DNA of 64,000 nt, taken from contig JAANOX010000032.1 of the NCBI GenBank assembly GCA_020184695.1, forward strand, positions 248,001-312,000, written 5' to 3'. Shown here one piece after another: positions 41,294-51,798 of this stretch. Position 1 is the stretch's first letter. Each line of letters begins with the position of its first letter. This DNA is from Histomonas meleagridis 2922-C6/04-290x (Eukaryota > Protista > Parabasalia). The translations under genes and the position numbers were made by a program. The notes beneath the pieces were generated by a model. The model had not been told where the DNA came from, searched no databases, and saw only the letters and a program-made list of their open reading frames with translations.

Positions 41294-41527
41294 ATGCAAA
41301 TCTTCGTTAAGACCCTTACAGGAAAGCACATCACACTTGAAGTCGAACCAACTGATCGTATTGAAGATGTCAAGTCCAAGATCCAAGACAAGGAAGGTAT
41401 TCCACCAGACCAGCAACGTTTAATTTTTGCTGGTAAGCAACTTGAAGATGGTAACACGCTTCAAGACTATTCCATCCAAAAGGATTCCACACTCCACTTA
41501 GTTCTTCGTCTTCGTGGTGGCTTTTAA
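41294..41527 (+). CDS. UBI: Monoubiquitin with a one-residue (Phe) C-terminal extension
   Basis: [19 protein letters not shown]...[11 protein letters not shown]. Confidence 0.97.
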   Translation: MQIFVKTLTGKHITLEVEPTDRIEDVKSKIQDKEGIPPDQQRLIFAGKQLEDGNTLQDYSIQKDSTLHLVLRLRGGF

Positions 41528-41622
41528 ACCAAAGTAATAACTAAACAACCAATTTAAAACTTTTTGTTATTTTTCTTTTCCAAAAAGCAGCAAAAAGTGC
41601 TCACATTAAAAAGTGACACCAT

Positions 41623-42750
41623 ATGAGTTCGAGATACGCCCACACAGCAGCAAAAAGCACACAGCAACGATATTATACTGTTGAAAACGCATTCAATGTA
41701 AAAGATGATATATCTGACCTTAGCTTCAGTTATAACAATCGTTATTTAGCAATCTCTTCATGGGATGGAAGCATAAATGTTATTGAATTTAGTGAAGATT
41801 ATGGCCAAGCAAAATCCAAGTTTTCAAGGTATATGTCAACCACCACTAGCAGTACTTATACCATGGGAACAGGAACAAAAATTGCGTGTATTAGGTGTCT
41901 CTTTCGTCCAATAGATGATGTTTTATACTTTACTACCTCTATGGGTGAAATCTATAGCTTAGATCTTGCCCCAGCCACACCTAATCCGACAAAAGTTTAT
42001 GGCGAACCCGCCAACGAGCCACGTCGTGGACCATTTGTAGGGTTAAAATGGAATGAATCTGCCCAAGTTTTTGTCGCCCTTGAAATAACCACAGCTGGCA
42101 CCAATGCACAAAATCTTGGCGGCTCATTATTTACATTAGCTCAAGAAAGCTCCCACCGAATTGACCTTGACTACAAGCCCATTGCGTTAGATGTTTCTGA
42201 TAAATATGTCATTGTTGTTGGAACCAAATATGGCGAAAACTGCATCTGGTGCTACACTCTCGACGGGCATATAAAGAACGAGACCGTCAAAGTTGAAATC
42301 AAGTCTCAGCTCAAACATCAATTTACATCGATCGCATGCGGGCCTATTCTCGCTAATACAACTCGACCATCCTATATAGCGTCAACAGTCTTTGGGCAAG
42401 CAGACTACAACGAAGGAACAGAAAATCACGATATTATAAATTTGCATATAAACGCAACTTCGAAAGCTTCATTCGGATCGAATAGTATTGCATTTGTTCC
42501 AGGACATAAATGCGCCGTCTCTGCTTCAAGTGATGGAACTATAACATTTGTGAATTTGGAAACAAAAAGAACAAAAGCATTCCAAATCTCGCAACAAATA
42601 CCTTTGACAAAACTCGCAGTACACCCGAATGGTAATGTGATCGCAATCGCATCTGGTTATGATTGGTCTTTGGGCTATGAAATGGCAGGAAGAGAGAAGC
42701 CGCCAATAAATTTGTACATAAGACAATTTAATCCTTCTGATTATAGATAA
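41623..42750 (+). CDS. RAE1: Rae1/Gle2-like WD40 mRNA export factor
   Basis: DDISDLSFS...AISSWDG, SASSDGTITF, C-terminal VIAIASGYDWSLGYE. Bub3 paralogy not excluded. Confidence 0.72.
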   Translation: MSSRYAHTAAKSTQQRYYTVENAFNVKDDISDLSFSYNNRYLAISSWDGSINVIEFSEDYGQAKSKFSRYMSTTTSSTYTMGTGTKIACIRCLFRPIDDVLYFTTSMGEIYSLDLAPATPNPTKVYGEPANEPRRGPFVGLKWNESAQVFVALEITTAGTNAQNLGGSLFTLAQESSHRIDLDYKPIALDVSDKYVIVVGTKYGENCIWCYTLDGHIKNETVKVEIKSQLKHQFTSIACGPILANTTRPSYIASTVFGQADYNEGTENHDIINLHINATSKASFGSNSIAFVPGHKCAVSASSDGTITFVNLETKRTKAFQISQQIPLTKLAVHPNGNVIAIASGYDWSLGYEMAGREKPPINLYIRQFNPSDYR

Positions 42751-43053
42751 GAATTATATAATAACTTTATCTTATTTTTGGAAATAAAAATCCACATTTC
42801 TAATAACAAATTTATTCTAACATTTTTATATTTTTAAAGATGAAAAAACCCAAAAAATCAATAGAAAATATTTCGAATAATAATGAAAATAATATAAGAT
42901 TTACAATTAGGTATTTGCATAGGCGTATATTAAGAAAAAGAAGATTCAATATAATGATTTTAAAGAAAAATGAATTTTTACTAGTAAAACAATTTGATTC
43001 TTCATATGAAGAAAATGTCAAATTAATTGAATGGAAAAAAAATTGTCAATTAA

Positions 43054-43971
43054 ATGGAGCAAAGAAATCAAGTTATTGTGAGAGGAATGCGACTAAGAAC
43101 AAAAGTAAATGATGTATACGAAGTATTTAAAGACTTTGGTGAAATTATTGCATGCAAATTAATTGTGAATGAGAGAAATGAATCAAAAGGATATTGTTTC
43201 ATCGTATACAAGGATTGGCAAGATGCACAAAAAGCAATAAATGTTATGAGTGGACGTCGCTTTGATGGCGCGCAAATTGAAGTCACATTCTCCAATAATC
43301 CTAAATTAGGTGAAGAAATGATAGAACGATCCTTTGAAACGAACAGACGCTTTGTTAATCTTAGTGAAAGTCATTGGCAGAATCAGAATCAATATGAGTA
43401 TCATCCAAATACTTTCCAGAAAGGTCCAAATAATTATTTTCAAGATGACAATTCTTTTATACCACCACCCATGTCACGCCAACAACCTCCAGGTGGAGTT
43501 CCAATTTTTGAAGATGACGAGGATGATGAAATCAAAATTCCAATGCAAAACCAAAATCTACAACGCGGTTACATACCAAACTATCCTTATCAAAACCAAC
43601 AGTTACAAGGACCACCAGTACAGCCTGCTCAGTGGGAAAGAAATCAACCTCAATCAGCGTATCGAAAAGACAATTACAATTATGGGTATTCTTCACAACA
43701 AAATAGCTATAGTTATCAATATCAGTACAACAGAGGATACCAAAGTGAGCATGGAGGATATGGAAATCAATCTCAAGGAAATGGTTATGTAAATAAGAAT
43801 CAAATTAGCAATGAATTCAATAATGAGCCTTCTATGTATCAAAGACAGAACTACCAAAGGCCTCCTTACATAGGTGGACAACAGCAAAATACTTATCAAC
43901 AGATGCAAGGATATGGAAATTCACAGAATCAATTCCAAAAAACGCCGCATTACCCATCAATGCCATTTTAA
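43054..43971 (+). CDS. RRM protein with Q/N/Y/G-rich low-complexity C-terminus
   Basis: RNP1 SKGYCFIVY; tail rich in Q, N, Y and G. Confidence 0.85.
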   Translation: MEQRNQVIVRGMRLRTKVNDVYEVFKDFGEIIACKLIVNERNESKGYCFIVYKDWQDAQKAINVMSGRRFDGAQIEVTFSNNPKLGEEMIERSFETNRRFVNLSESHWQNQNQYEYHPNTFQKGPNNYFQDDNSFIPPPMSRQQPPGGVPIFEDDEDDEIKIPMQNQNLQRGYIPNYPYQNQQLQGPPVQPAQWERNQPQSAYRKDNYNYGYSSQQNSYSYQYQYNRGYQSEHGGYGNQSQGNGYVNKNQISNEFNNEPSMYQRQNYQRPPYIGGQQQNTYQQMQGYGNSQNQFQKTPHYPSMPF

Positions 43972-44836
43972 AAAATTGTTTTTCAATAATTTTTTTGTTT
44001 TCGCAGCTGTCACTTTGTCCGCAAAATAACGGATTTGGAACCGAAACAAGAATAAACTGACTGTAAAAACCGTTTTATTCAAAATATCCTCTGGCGAGGA
44101 AATAAAGAATTTCATTTGATTATAGAGAAAATGGAAATGAAAAAAGGCATTCTCAAAAACCTGTGAATAACCTAAAATATTATTGTTGCTAATGATGATA
44201 AAAAATCAAACTGGAAAAGTTAAATTTATAGTTCTTTCTGAAAGGTGATAAAGTAATTTACTTCATTCAATTGAATGTGCACATAAATTGAATGGATTAT
44301 TTATGGATTTGAATGAATAACTGTAATACAAAACTAAACTTTTTGTTGCACTCCCATTAAAACAAGTAAATGAAATTATGTTTCATGCTGATTTTGATGC
44401 ACTACATGAAGGACGTTCCATGTAAGGTATTGATACCAAAATTTGGAATTCACCAAAAATCGATATTTAGACGAATTTTTTTTTCAGATATTAAAATTAA
44501 TAGGTTTTATTTTCAGCGCTCACACTTCACCAATAGTTATTGTGTTTGTCATTCAAAAAAAAATTTATGGATTTCAATGGATTTTCTTCACAACTATTTA
44601 ACATTAATGGACTCTATTTCATATACATCTGGTGATGAGTATAATTTGTTTTACTTTGATTCAAGAAAATTTTCATATAAAACTTTACAAAAATATTATG
44701 CATATTCACAATTCTATTCTATTGTTACTGATGCAAAACATTCGCCAAATTGGTATTCACATTTTCCTGATTTTTATTCAAATTTCACGCAAAGATCCCG
44801 AAAGTTTTTACACTTTCCAATAAAGCAAAATTTGTT

Positions 44837-46921
44837 TTGTTATCTATTTTTGTTACCGTTTTGCTTTTCATTAAAGCACCAAATTATCCAATAAAGTTAC
44901 TGCAAAAAAATAGATTAAATATAACTCTTTTTTTAACTTTCTTTTTTGCATATTCACTTGAAGCATATAACTCAGATACTTATACACTTACTGTGTCAAA
45001 TAATGCTGAGTTTAAAACTAGGAATGATCATAAGGCTGATACAAAATATCTTGTTTTTGATTATATTACGAGTGTAGGTTCTACTTTCTTTGGCTGGCCT
45101 TCATTATTTCATAGATCTATGTTGAAATTGGTAATTCAGTTACTTCTATTGGAAGTAGTGCATTTAATTTATGTTCAAATCTTAAAACAGTAACAATCGG
45201 AGACAATGTAAAAGAAATTGAAAACCAAGCATTTCGTTCATGCCATAGCTTAACAACAGTTATTTTTGGGAAAAGTGTAGAAACAATTGGGAATTTGGCC
45301 TTTGCTCAATGTGAATCATTAGATAGTATCACTCTACCTGATTCAGTCACTTCTATTGGAGAGAGTGCATTCTTACAGTGTGAAAGTTTGAAAATAATCA
45401 CCATTGGCCATAAAGTTGAATCAATTGGAGGTCATGCATTTGAACAATGTGAAAAATTAACAGAAATCACAATTCCAGATTCTGTTACATCAATTGGAGA
45501 GAATGCGTTTGATCAATGTACGTCATTAACAGAAATTACAATACCAAATTCAGTTACATCAATTAAATCAAATGCATTTATAGGCTGTAATAAACTGAAG
45601 TTTATTAATGTTTCAATTGGAAACAAAAATTATTCTGGAAATAATGGAATTCTTTATAACGAAGATTATACAAAACTTGTTTGTTATCCGGCAGGAATTT
45701 CTAATGAAACATTTGAAATACCAAATTCAATTACAACAATTGGAGATTACGCATTTTATGGCTGTTCATCATTAGCAAATATTACAATTAAAAATTCAGT
45801 TTCATCAATTGGAGATCATGCATTTTATGGCTGTTCATCATTAGCAAATATTACAATTCCAAATTTAGTTACAACAATTGAAGAATATAAATTTTATGGC
45901 TGTTCAGAATTAACCGAAATCTTAATTCCAGCTTCAATCAAAACAATTGGAAATTTTTCATTTCAAAACTGTGATAAACTCACATGTATCTATTTCACAG
46001 GTTACGAATCACCAACTGTCGCCACAAATGCATTTGATCAAGAAAAATCTGTTATGACATCAGATTTATATCAAGATGAAACATTTGGTGAAATTAATGT
46101 ATCTAAGGGATCTTCTGTTGGTGAATGTGATCTATATCCATGGTCAACACATACATTCACAAAAAGTAATACATTCACGCACAGTATCACATTTTCTCAG
46201 TCGAATTCTTTTTCAAGAAGTAATACATATACACAATCAAATACATTTTCACAAAGTAATACATTTACTAAATCAAATACATTTACTAAATCAAATACAT
46301 TTACTCAGTCGAATACATTTTCACAAAGTAATACATTTACTAAATCGAATACATTTTCTCAAAGTAATACATTTACTAAATCGAATACATTTTCTCAATC
46401 TAATGCATTCACGCGGAGTAACTCGTTCACAGCTTCAGATGTTTTCGGTGTTTTGTATATTGACACAGTTACCATTTTGCATTCTATGATTGAATCGCAG
46501 TCGCTAATCATTACACAGACTGTTACAATTCAGCGCGTAATCTCGAACATGCTTACGATTAGTCAACTCAACATTTCTTCATCTTTATTCGGTTACTATG
46601 TATTATGAATATAATATTTATCAATATTCGACGTATGACAAATATTATTCATTTTTGTATACAATTGTTTCGACGCGAATTCAAGGCGATCAATGGAACG
46701 AAGGAATCGACAATAAATTACTTATTGGATTAATATGTGGTTCGATTGCTGTTGTTCTTTTACTCGTAGGGATTATTGTATTTGTGATTCGCCGAAGTCA
46801 AGGAGCGAAATTACAAGAAAAGTCTGAAGAAACAATGAGCTCAGCTAATATTGGGGCGAAAGAAGAAATTAATGAAGAATACAAACAGTATGTACTCCAT
46901 GATCCCGATCAATGGATATGA
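44837..46921 (+). pseudogene. BspA-like LRR_5 surface protein, disrupted (no clear ATG; frameshifts at ~45113-45121 and ~46540-46606)
   Basis: Three frames join: signal-like LFLTFFFAYSLEA; repeats ITIPDSVTSIGENAFDQCTSL; SNTF[TS] stalk; TM LLIGLICGSIAVVLLLVGIIVFVI; tail ending DPDQWI. Could also be assembly error. Confidence 0.7.
46150..46430 (+). repeat. 18-nt coding tandem repeat (SNTF[TS][KQ]) forming the BspA stalk
   Basis: TCAAATACATTTACTAAA / AGTAATACATTTACTAAA / TCGAATACATTTTCTCAA units. Confidence 0.9.
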
Positions 46922-47149
46922 AATGAAATTTTTAATAAATAATATGCAATGTGTTTTTTGTGTCTATTGATATTATAAATTATTCATTATTTTACTTGTT
47001 AATATGAAATATGTCAAAAATTCTTTGTTAATTATTTGAAATTTTGGAATTTCATTTGTTCACTTGTGAGTTATATGGAACCCGGTAAATTCATCCACTG
47101 AATTAATCAATTTCATTTGATATATTTTGAATGATAATTATCGTGTTTT

Positions 47150-48000
47150 CATAATGTTGATAGTATTTTTAAGGATTTATAGTGAATTCTGGAAATATTT
47201 TATGCACTGATTATTAATGTACTGATATTATGAAATCTGCGTTATATTTTAAATAAATAAAAAATATAAATTCCATATATAATATAGACATAAACTATAT
47301 ATTAATATCAATTAATTTTTGTTTAAGAAACTTTGTTAGTGTAAAGTTCAAGTAATAAATATTTGGATATGCCTTTCCTATTTGATATCACTGTTAATAC
47401 ACAAACTTTTCTATCTTTAGAAGTAGATGTCAATATATATGACAAATATTGATTGCCAATTTCAATAATATTTACTTATTATAAGCATTATAGTTGCTGC
47501 TTGCGAAAATGATTTTACACTAAAAACATGAATTCTTTGATGTAAAGAATTAAAGAATAGCCAATAATATATGTAAAAAACTTTTCTATATTTTCAATTA
47601 CATTTCTTTAAAATCATCAATTGATAATTAGCACCACAGCTAATTTATGCAAAATATGATCAGTAATAACAATATTGAAGGGACAATGATCATTATGACC
47701 CAATTAACAGTAGCAATAGTTATTCATAACATTGTTTTTTAATATGATTTTTTATCATTCCTGCAAGTATAATCAATAAAATAGTAATCAGGTTCGATTG
47801 AAATAATTTGTTTTCAATCATTTATTCTTTTTATCATATTACCTCATAATATAAACATAATGAAAACAATCTTGAAAATATTTTTAGAAGTTATTGGAAA
47901 CAACAATTCTTTCATTTTTATTATTGACAATTTCGATTAATTCTTCAATCAAAACGTTATCTTCCTGGAAAATGATTTTCTTCTCTTCAGGGCAAAATAC
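47150..48000 (-). pseudogene. Possible highly decayed DUF3447/ankyrin gene remnant
   Basis: Scattered frames ISCGANYQLMILK (cf. YAVAGGNLEIF), VLTVISNRKGISKYLLL and KLIDINI* followed by an AT-rich tract containing TGGAATTT; many stops. Confidence 0.3.
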
Positions 48001-48272
48001 ACACAACAAACAATGCAACATATATATAACCTCATTTTTTATCATTTAACTTCTATCACATCTTTTTTTCTAAATAACTGATCATTGATTTATTTCTTAA
48101 AACATTGTTGTACAAACAAAACGTCATGAAGCAATCATTACAATGTTCAAATGTTTTTTATTTGTAATTCGTATGCGTTCGCTCTGATTCTTGACACAAA
48201 TTTTATTTCTCACAACATAAGTTCCGTCACAACGAACACAGTCCATTCCCAAAATAAAATATTTTATTATGA

Positions 48273-49427
48273 TCACTGTGCCTCACCTGCGTCTTCCTGT
48301 ATATCCGGTATGAACACCTCGAATCTGACTCCGGTGACGGCCAGCATCCCTGGTATCTGCGGGTGGTAGTGTATCTCCTTCGGCTCCTCTGCGACGTGCT
48401 CGAACATCATCTGGTCCGGGATTCCCTCTTCTTTCTCCTCAGGGTCCATAGCCTCGACGGAGAGGTCCCAGATCGTAACTCTGCCGTCTTCGCACGCAGC
48501 AGCAAATTCGCTTTCGTCGTTCGGGTTCCATTCGATGCTCGTGATCGGGTCCTCGTGATACGACATCGTCGCAACTGGTTCAGTGGTATGCGACAAAGCG
48601 CGGAGATCCCAGATAGCTATGACCCCATTGTCTGCACCGGAACATATTAAATTTCGTTGAATGGCGTTCCAGTCAATGACATTGCAATCACATTTATCTG
48701 TGGCTTGGAAACGGGAAACTGGTTGAGTCGGGTCTCGGAGATCCCATACTGCAATGGTGCCATCACAACTACATGTCATAAATATTCCGGAATCACTATG
48801 TGAAAATACAATATCTTCAACAGAATCTGTATGCCCTTCATATAAAGCAGTTCGGGTAAAGGCGCCGGAGTTTTCTTGCCAGATGGATATAAAGCCATTG
48901 TTGTCGCCAACTGCTAATAATCCATTATCAACTTTGGACCAACAAAGACCAAAACCTTCTTCGCCAATTGCACACTCGAAAATCATTTGGACGGTGCCTT
49001 CTTCAACGTCATTATTAACAGATGTAATACCAGATGAAATATCCCATATCAGAACATTTCCAGTATCACTCCAAGTGGCTACAATGTTGGATTGTTGTGG
49101 TTGGATACGAACTCTGTTAGCTGCGCCAGGATGGAAATTACCACAACATGAAAGTTTTGGATCAATAAGTTGAGCTGGATCATCATAGTTATCATCGTTT
49201 TGTGTACATTGAAGATTACTGATCTTAGTTACAAGGAGTTGGTTTTCATCATCAGTTTCAGCTTGTGTAGCTGAAACAAAAAAAGTTGTTAATGGAAATT
49301 GAGTTCGAGAAGCACCAAGATTATCTCGAATGACATCAAATGAAAGGCATGGCCATTGAAATGTCATTTGATAATATTGACGGTAGATATCATTCGAAAA
49401 TCCGAATTCTTCGTCGGAGTCTTCCAT
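48273..49427 (-). CDS. GRWD1: Glutamate-rich WD-repeat protein GRWD1/Rrb1 (ribosome assembly)
   Basis: QWPCLSFDVIRDNLGASRTQFP...SATQA; GHTDSVEDIVFS; CSCDGTIAVWD; IPDQMMFEH...KEIHYHPQIPG. Confidence 0.85.
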   Translation of the reverse strand: MEDSDEEFGFSNDIYRQYYQMTFQWPCLSFDVIRDNLGASRTQFPLTTFFVSATQAETDDENQLLVTKISNLQCTQNDDNYDDPAQLIDPKLSCCGNFHPGAANRVRIQPQQSNIVATWSDTGNVLIWDISSGITSVNNDVEEGTVQMIFECAIGEEGFGLCWSKVDNGLLAVGDNNGFISIWQENSGAFTRTALYEGHTDSVEDIVFSHSDSGIFMTCSCDGTIAVWDLRDPTQPVSRFQATDKCDCNVIDWNAIQRNLICSGADNGVIAIWDLRALSHTTEPVATMSYHEDPITSIEWNPNDESEFAAACEDGRVTIWDLSVEAMDPEEKEEGIPDQMMFEHVAEEPKEIHYHPQIPGMLAVTGVRFEVFIPDIQEDAGEAQ

Positions 49428-49483
49428 TTAATGTCACTTTTGCTTGACCATAGCTTGGAGACCGTTAAAATAATCCGTTGTTT

Positions 49484-50662
49484 TCATTTCGTTGATGCGA
49501 AATTTCCTGTACGCATTTGTTCAAGGAGTGATTTAGGTGATTTAAGTTGTTCGATCGAATCTGCTTTTTGTATTATTCCCATGATTTCTTCATTTATCTG
49601 ATTATTTTTATCAATCAATTCTTCGATTTCTTTTTGTAGCTTCGTAACTACTTCATTATTGCTGTTCATGTCTATAGGGTTATCCCCTACAATTTTCTTT
49701 TTCTCTTTGACATCAGCTGCCATTGATAATAAGAATTTCTTGAGTCGAGCTCTTTCGTTTTCAAGCTTCGTTATGTTGTCTTGGCTGATCAGCTTCTCTG
49801 TCTCCTTTATCTCATTAACAAGTTGCTGTATCGCGGGATCGTTAGAGTTCTCAAAATTTTCGGTTGTGAATTCACTCGCTTTTTCTTTGAGCACTTTTTG
49901 CTTCTTTTGGAAATTGCTGATCTCTTGCAGAAGTTGCTTCCGTTTTTCTTCTAAAGCCTCTTTATTTTGAAGCTCTTTGTCTAGTTTTTCTCCAAGTTGA
50001 ATTTCTGAATCTCGTTTTGCTTTTGTTTCAAGATACATTTCCATATATTTATTATTAGAATTGCTTTGTTGATTACGAAGTGATTCGATCTCGTTTTGGA
50101 GTTTCTCATTTTCGCTTGCTAATTGTTTACATTCTGAATCAAGTTTATCAAGAATTTGTTGGTATTGTGTTATAACATTAGACGAATTGTTATCGGATTT
50201 TGGAGACCCGCTGGAATGAGAAGAAGAGCTGTTTTCTTTGATAAGGGTTTGTATTTCTTTGACAGTATTTTTAGGAAGAGATTTGACTCGGGAAATGTTT
50301 TCGGTTTTTTTAGGTCCTTTAAGTGAGTAAAGAAGGAAAGAAACAAGTAGTTGCTTCAGTGAGTCTGGATTTGAACGGCGTGCAATTGATGTCAAATCAA
50401 AAGAGGCACGGATTTGAAGTTTAGAAAATTGGTCTTTGATGTTTTCTTGGACAGTCTTCAAATTACGTAGACATGATATCCAGTCATCTTTAGTGTGATC
50501 AATAGTCTTTAAAGCGGATAAATCGATTTTAACATTATCTTGAATTGAGTTGAATATTTTAGAAAGAACATGTCCCTCACGAAGTGATTCCAAGTTAGGG
50601 CATTCTTCGTTAGTGATTCCAAAACTGTAAATCCAGGGAAGAAGAAAATCAAAAGTTTCCAT
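49484..50662 (-). CDS. Hook-family-like protein (CH-like Hook domain plus coiled coil)
   Basis: LLPWIYSF...LREGHVLSKIFNSI...DWISCLRNLKTV...DLTSIAR...LKQLL, followed by a long coiled coil. Confidence 0.65.
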   Translation of the reverse strand: METFDFLLPWIYSFGITNEECPNLESLREGHVLSKIFNSIQDNVKIDLSALKTIDHTKDDWISCLRNLKTVQENIKDQFSKLQIRASFDLTSIARRSNPDSLKQLLVSFLLYSLKGPKKTENISRVKSLPKNTVKEIQTLIKENSSSSHSSGSPKSDNNSSNVITQYQQILDKLDSECKQLASENEKLQNEIESLRNQQSNSNNKYMEMYLETKAKRDSEIQLGEKLDKELQNKEALEEKRKQLLQEISNFQKKQKVLKEKASEFTTENFENSNDPAIQQLVNEIKETEKLISQDNITKLENERARLKKFLLSMAADVKEKKKIVGDNPIDMNSNNEVVTKLQKEIEELIDKNNQINEEIMGIIQKADSIEQLKSPKSLLEQMRTGNFASTK

Positions 50663-50882
50663 ACAAAGTGAACGTTTATATTGACAAACTTTTTGAGAGA
50701 ACTATTGATAGCCATTACGATCAAAATCAATTCAAATCGAGTTTATGTGGTTAAATATCAGATAAGAAAAATGATGATTAACTAAATTATTTTATAACAA
50801 CTATTAAAGCATTTTATACATATCTTGCAAGATTACCAATGCTCTTTTTTAAAAAGAAAAAATGATTGACCCTTTAAATCTG

Positions 50883-51422
50883 TTAAGCATTTTGTTCTTT
50901 GATCATTTGTGCAAAGTTAACAATCATATTCATTTTCTTTTGACTAATGATGAGTTTAAGGATGTCTTTTTCATTTAGTCTTTCTAAGTATCTCTCCTTC
51001 ATTGCATCGAAATCAATTGCTTGAATTTGTTCTTCGCTCATTATTTTTGAGTCAAGTTGTTCTGTTGATATATTTTGTATTTCACTCTCAGTAGGATTAT
51101 CAGCTTCATTTCCATTTGTGTAAAATCTTAAGAAATTTCCTTGTTCTTTCTCGAGTTTTTCTAATTCTCTTTCATTCCGAAGGTTTCTTAAAGTATCTGC
51201 AACAGCCCTTCTTTCATCTGCTTTTTCTAAAGCAGCAAAAATATATTTTGGCTTTTCTTTTTCTTCAACTGTAATATTTGAAGATAACAATTTTTCGAAT
51301 TCTCTATTTTCATTTTCTTCTAATTCAACTTTTACTTCCATTTCTGTGTTTCTTTTAAGTGCAGAAGATGGTGGGGCTCTCTTTGAACTTCCACCAAAGA
51401 TTGCTGCAACTTTTGGTTTCAT
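50883..51422 (-). CDS. NSRP1/CCDC55 (DUF2040)-like coiled-coil protein
   Basis: KPKYIFAALEKADERR resembles the DUF2040 core; from recall. Confidence 0.55.
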   Translation of the reverse strand: MKPKVAAIFGGSSKRAPPSSALKRNTEMEVKVELEENENREFEKLLSSNITVEEKEKPKYIFAALEKADERRAVADTLRNLRNERELEKLEKEQGNFLRFYTNGNEADNPTESEIQNISTEQLDSKIMSEEQIQAIDFDAMKERYLERLNEKDILKLIISQKKMNMIVNFAQMIKEQNA

Positions 51423-51475
51423 TTCTTTTTAAAATGTGCCATTTATATTTCAGAATAAATAAAATTGTCATTTAA

Positions 51476-51748
51476 ATGAGCTTAAACGTACCAACTGATC
51501 TTCAGCAAATTGATGAAATGCTTGATAATGAACTTAAACGCGTCCAAGACCTCGAACAGAAGTTTACTGATTGGGCTGAGCAACAACGAGCTAAAATTCA
51601 AGAACATCGTCAAAGACAATTATTAGAAGGCGATGTTAATCTAAGTGAGTTCGAATCCATCATCTCCATCCTCTCGAACATAGATAGCGCCGATGAGTCA
51701 GAGATATCGTATGTCCATGACATCTTTCAACAGTTATGTCGAATCTAA
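51476..51748 (+). CDS. Small coiled-coil hypothetical protein, 90 aa
   Basis: ATG ORF filling the gap between two genes; TCATTT Inr at about -8; coding-like composition. Confidence 0.6.
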   Translation: MSLNVPTDLQQIDEMLDNELKRVQDLEQKFTDWAEQQRAKIQEHRQRQLLEGDVNLSEFESIISILSNIDSADESEISYVHDIFQQLCRI

Positions 51749-51798
51749 TCACAAATATCCACAATTTTGACGAACAACAACAAACAGAATATTTTCAT

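Noticed and set aside
41294-41527. Ubiquitin with extra C-terminal Phe as a novelty
   Set aside because: A one-residue extension removed by deubiquitinases is normal for ubiquitin precursors.
44300-44830. ORFs 44370-44894 and 44632-44823 as genes
   Set aside because: Composition is not protein-like in one consistent frame; at most a decayed remnant of unknown family.
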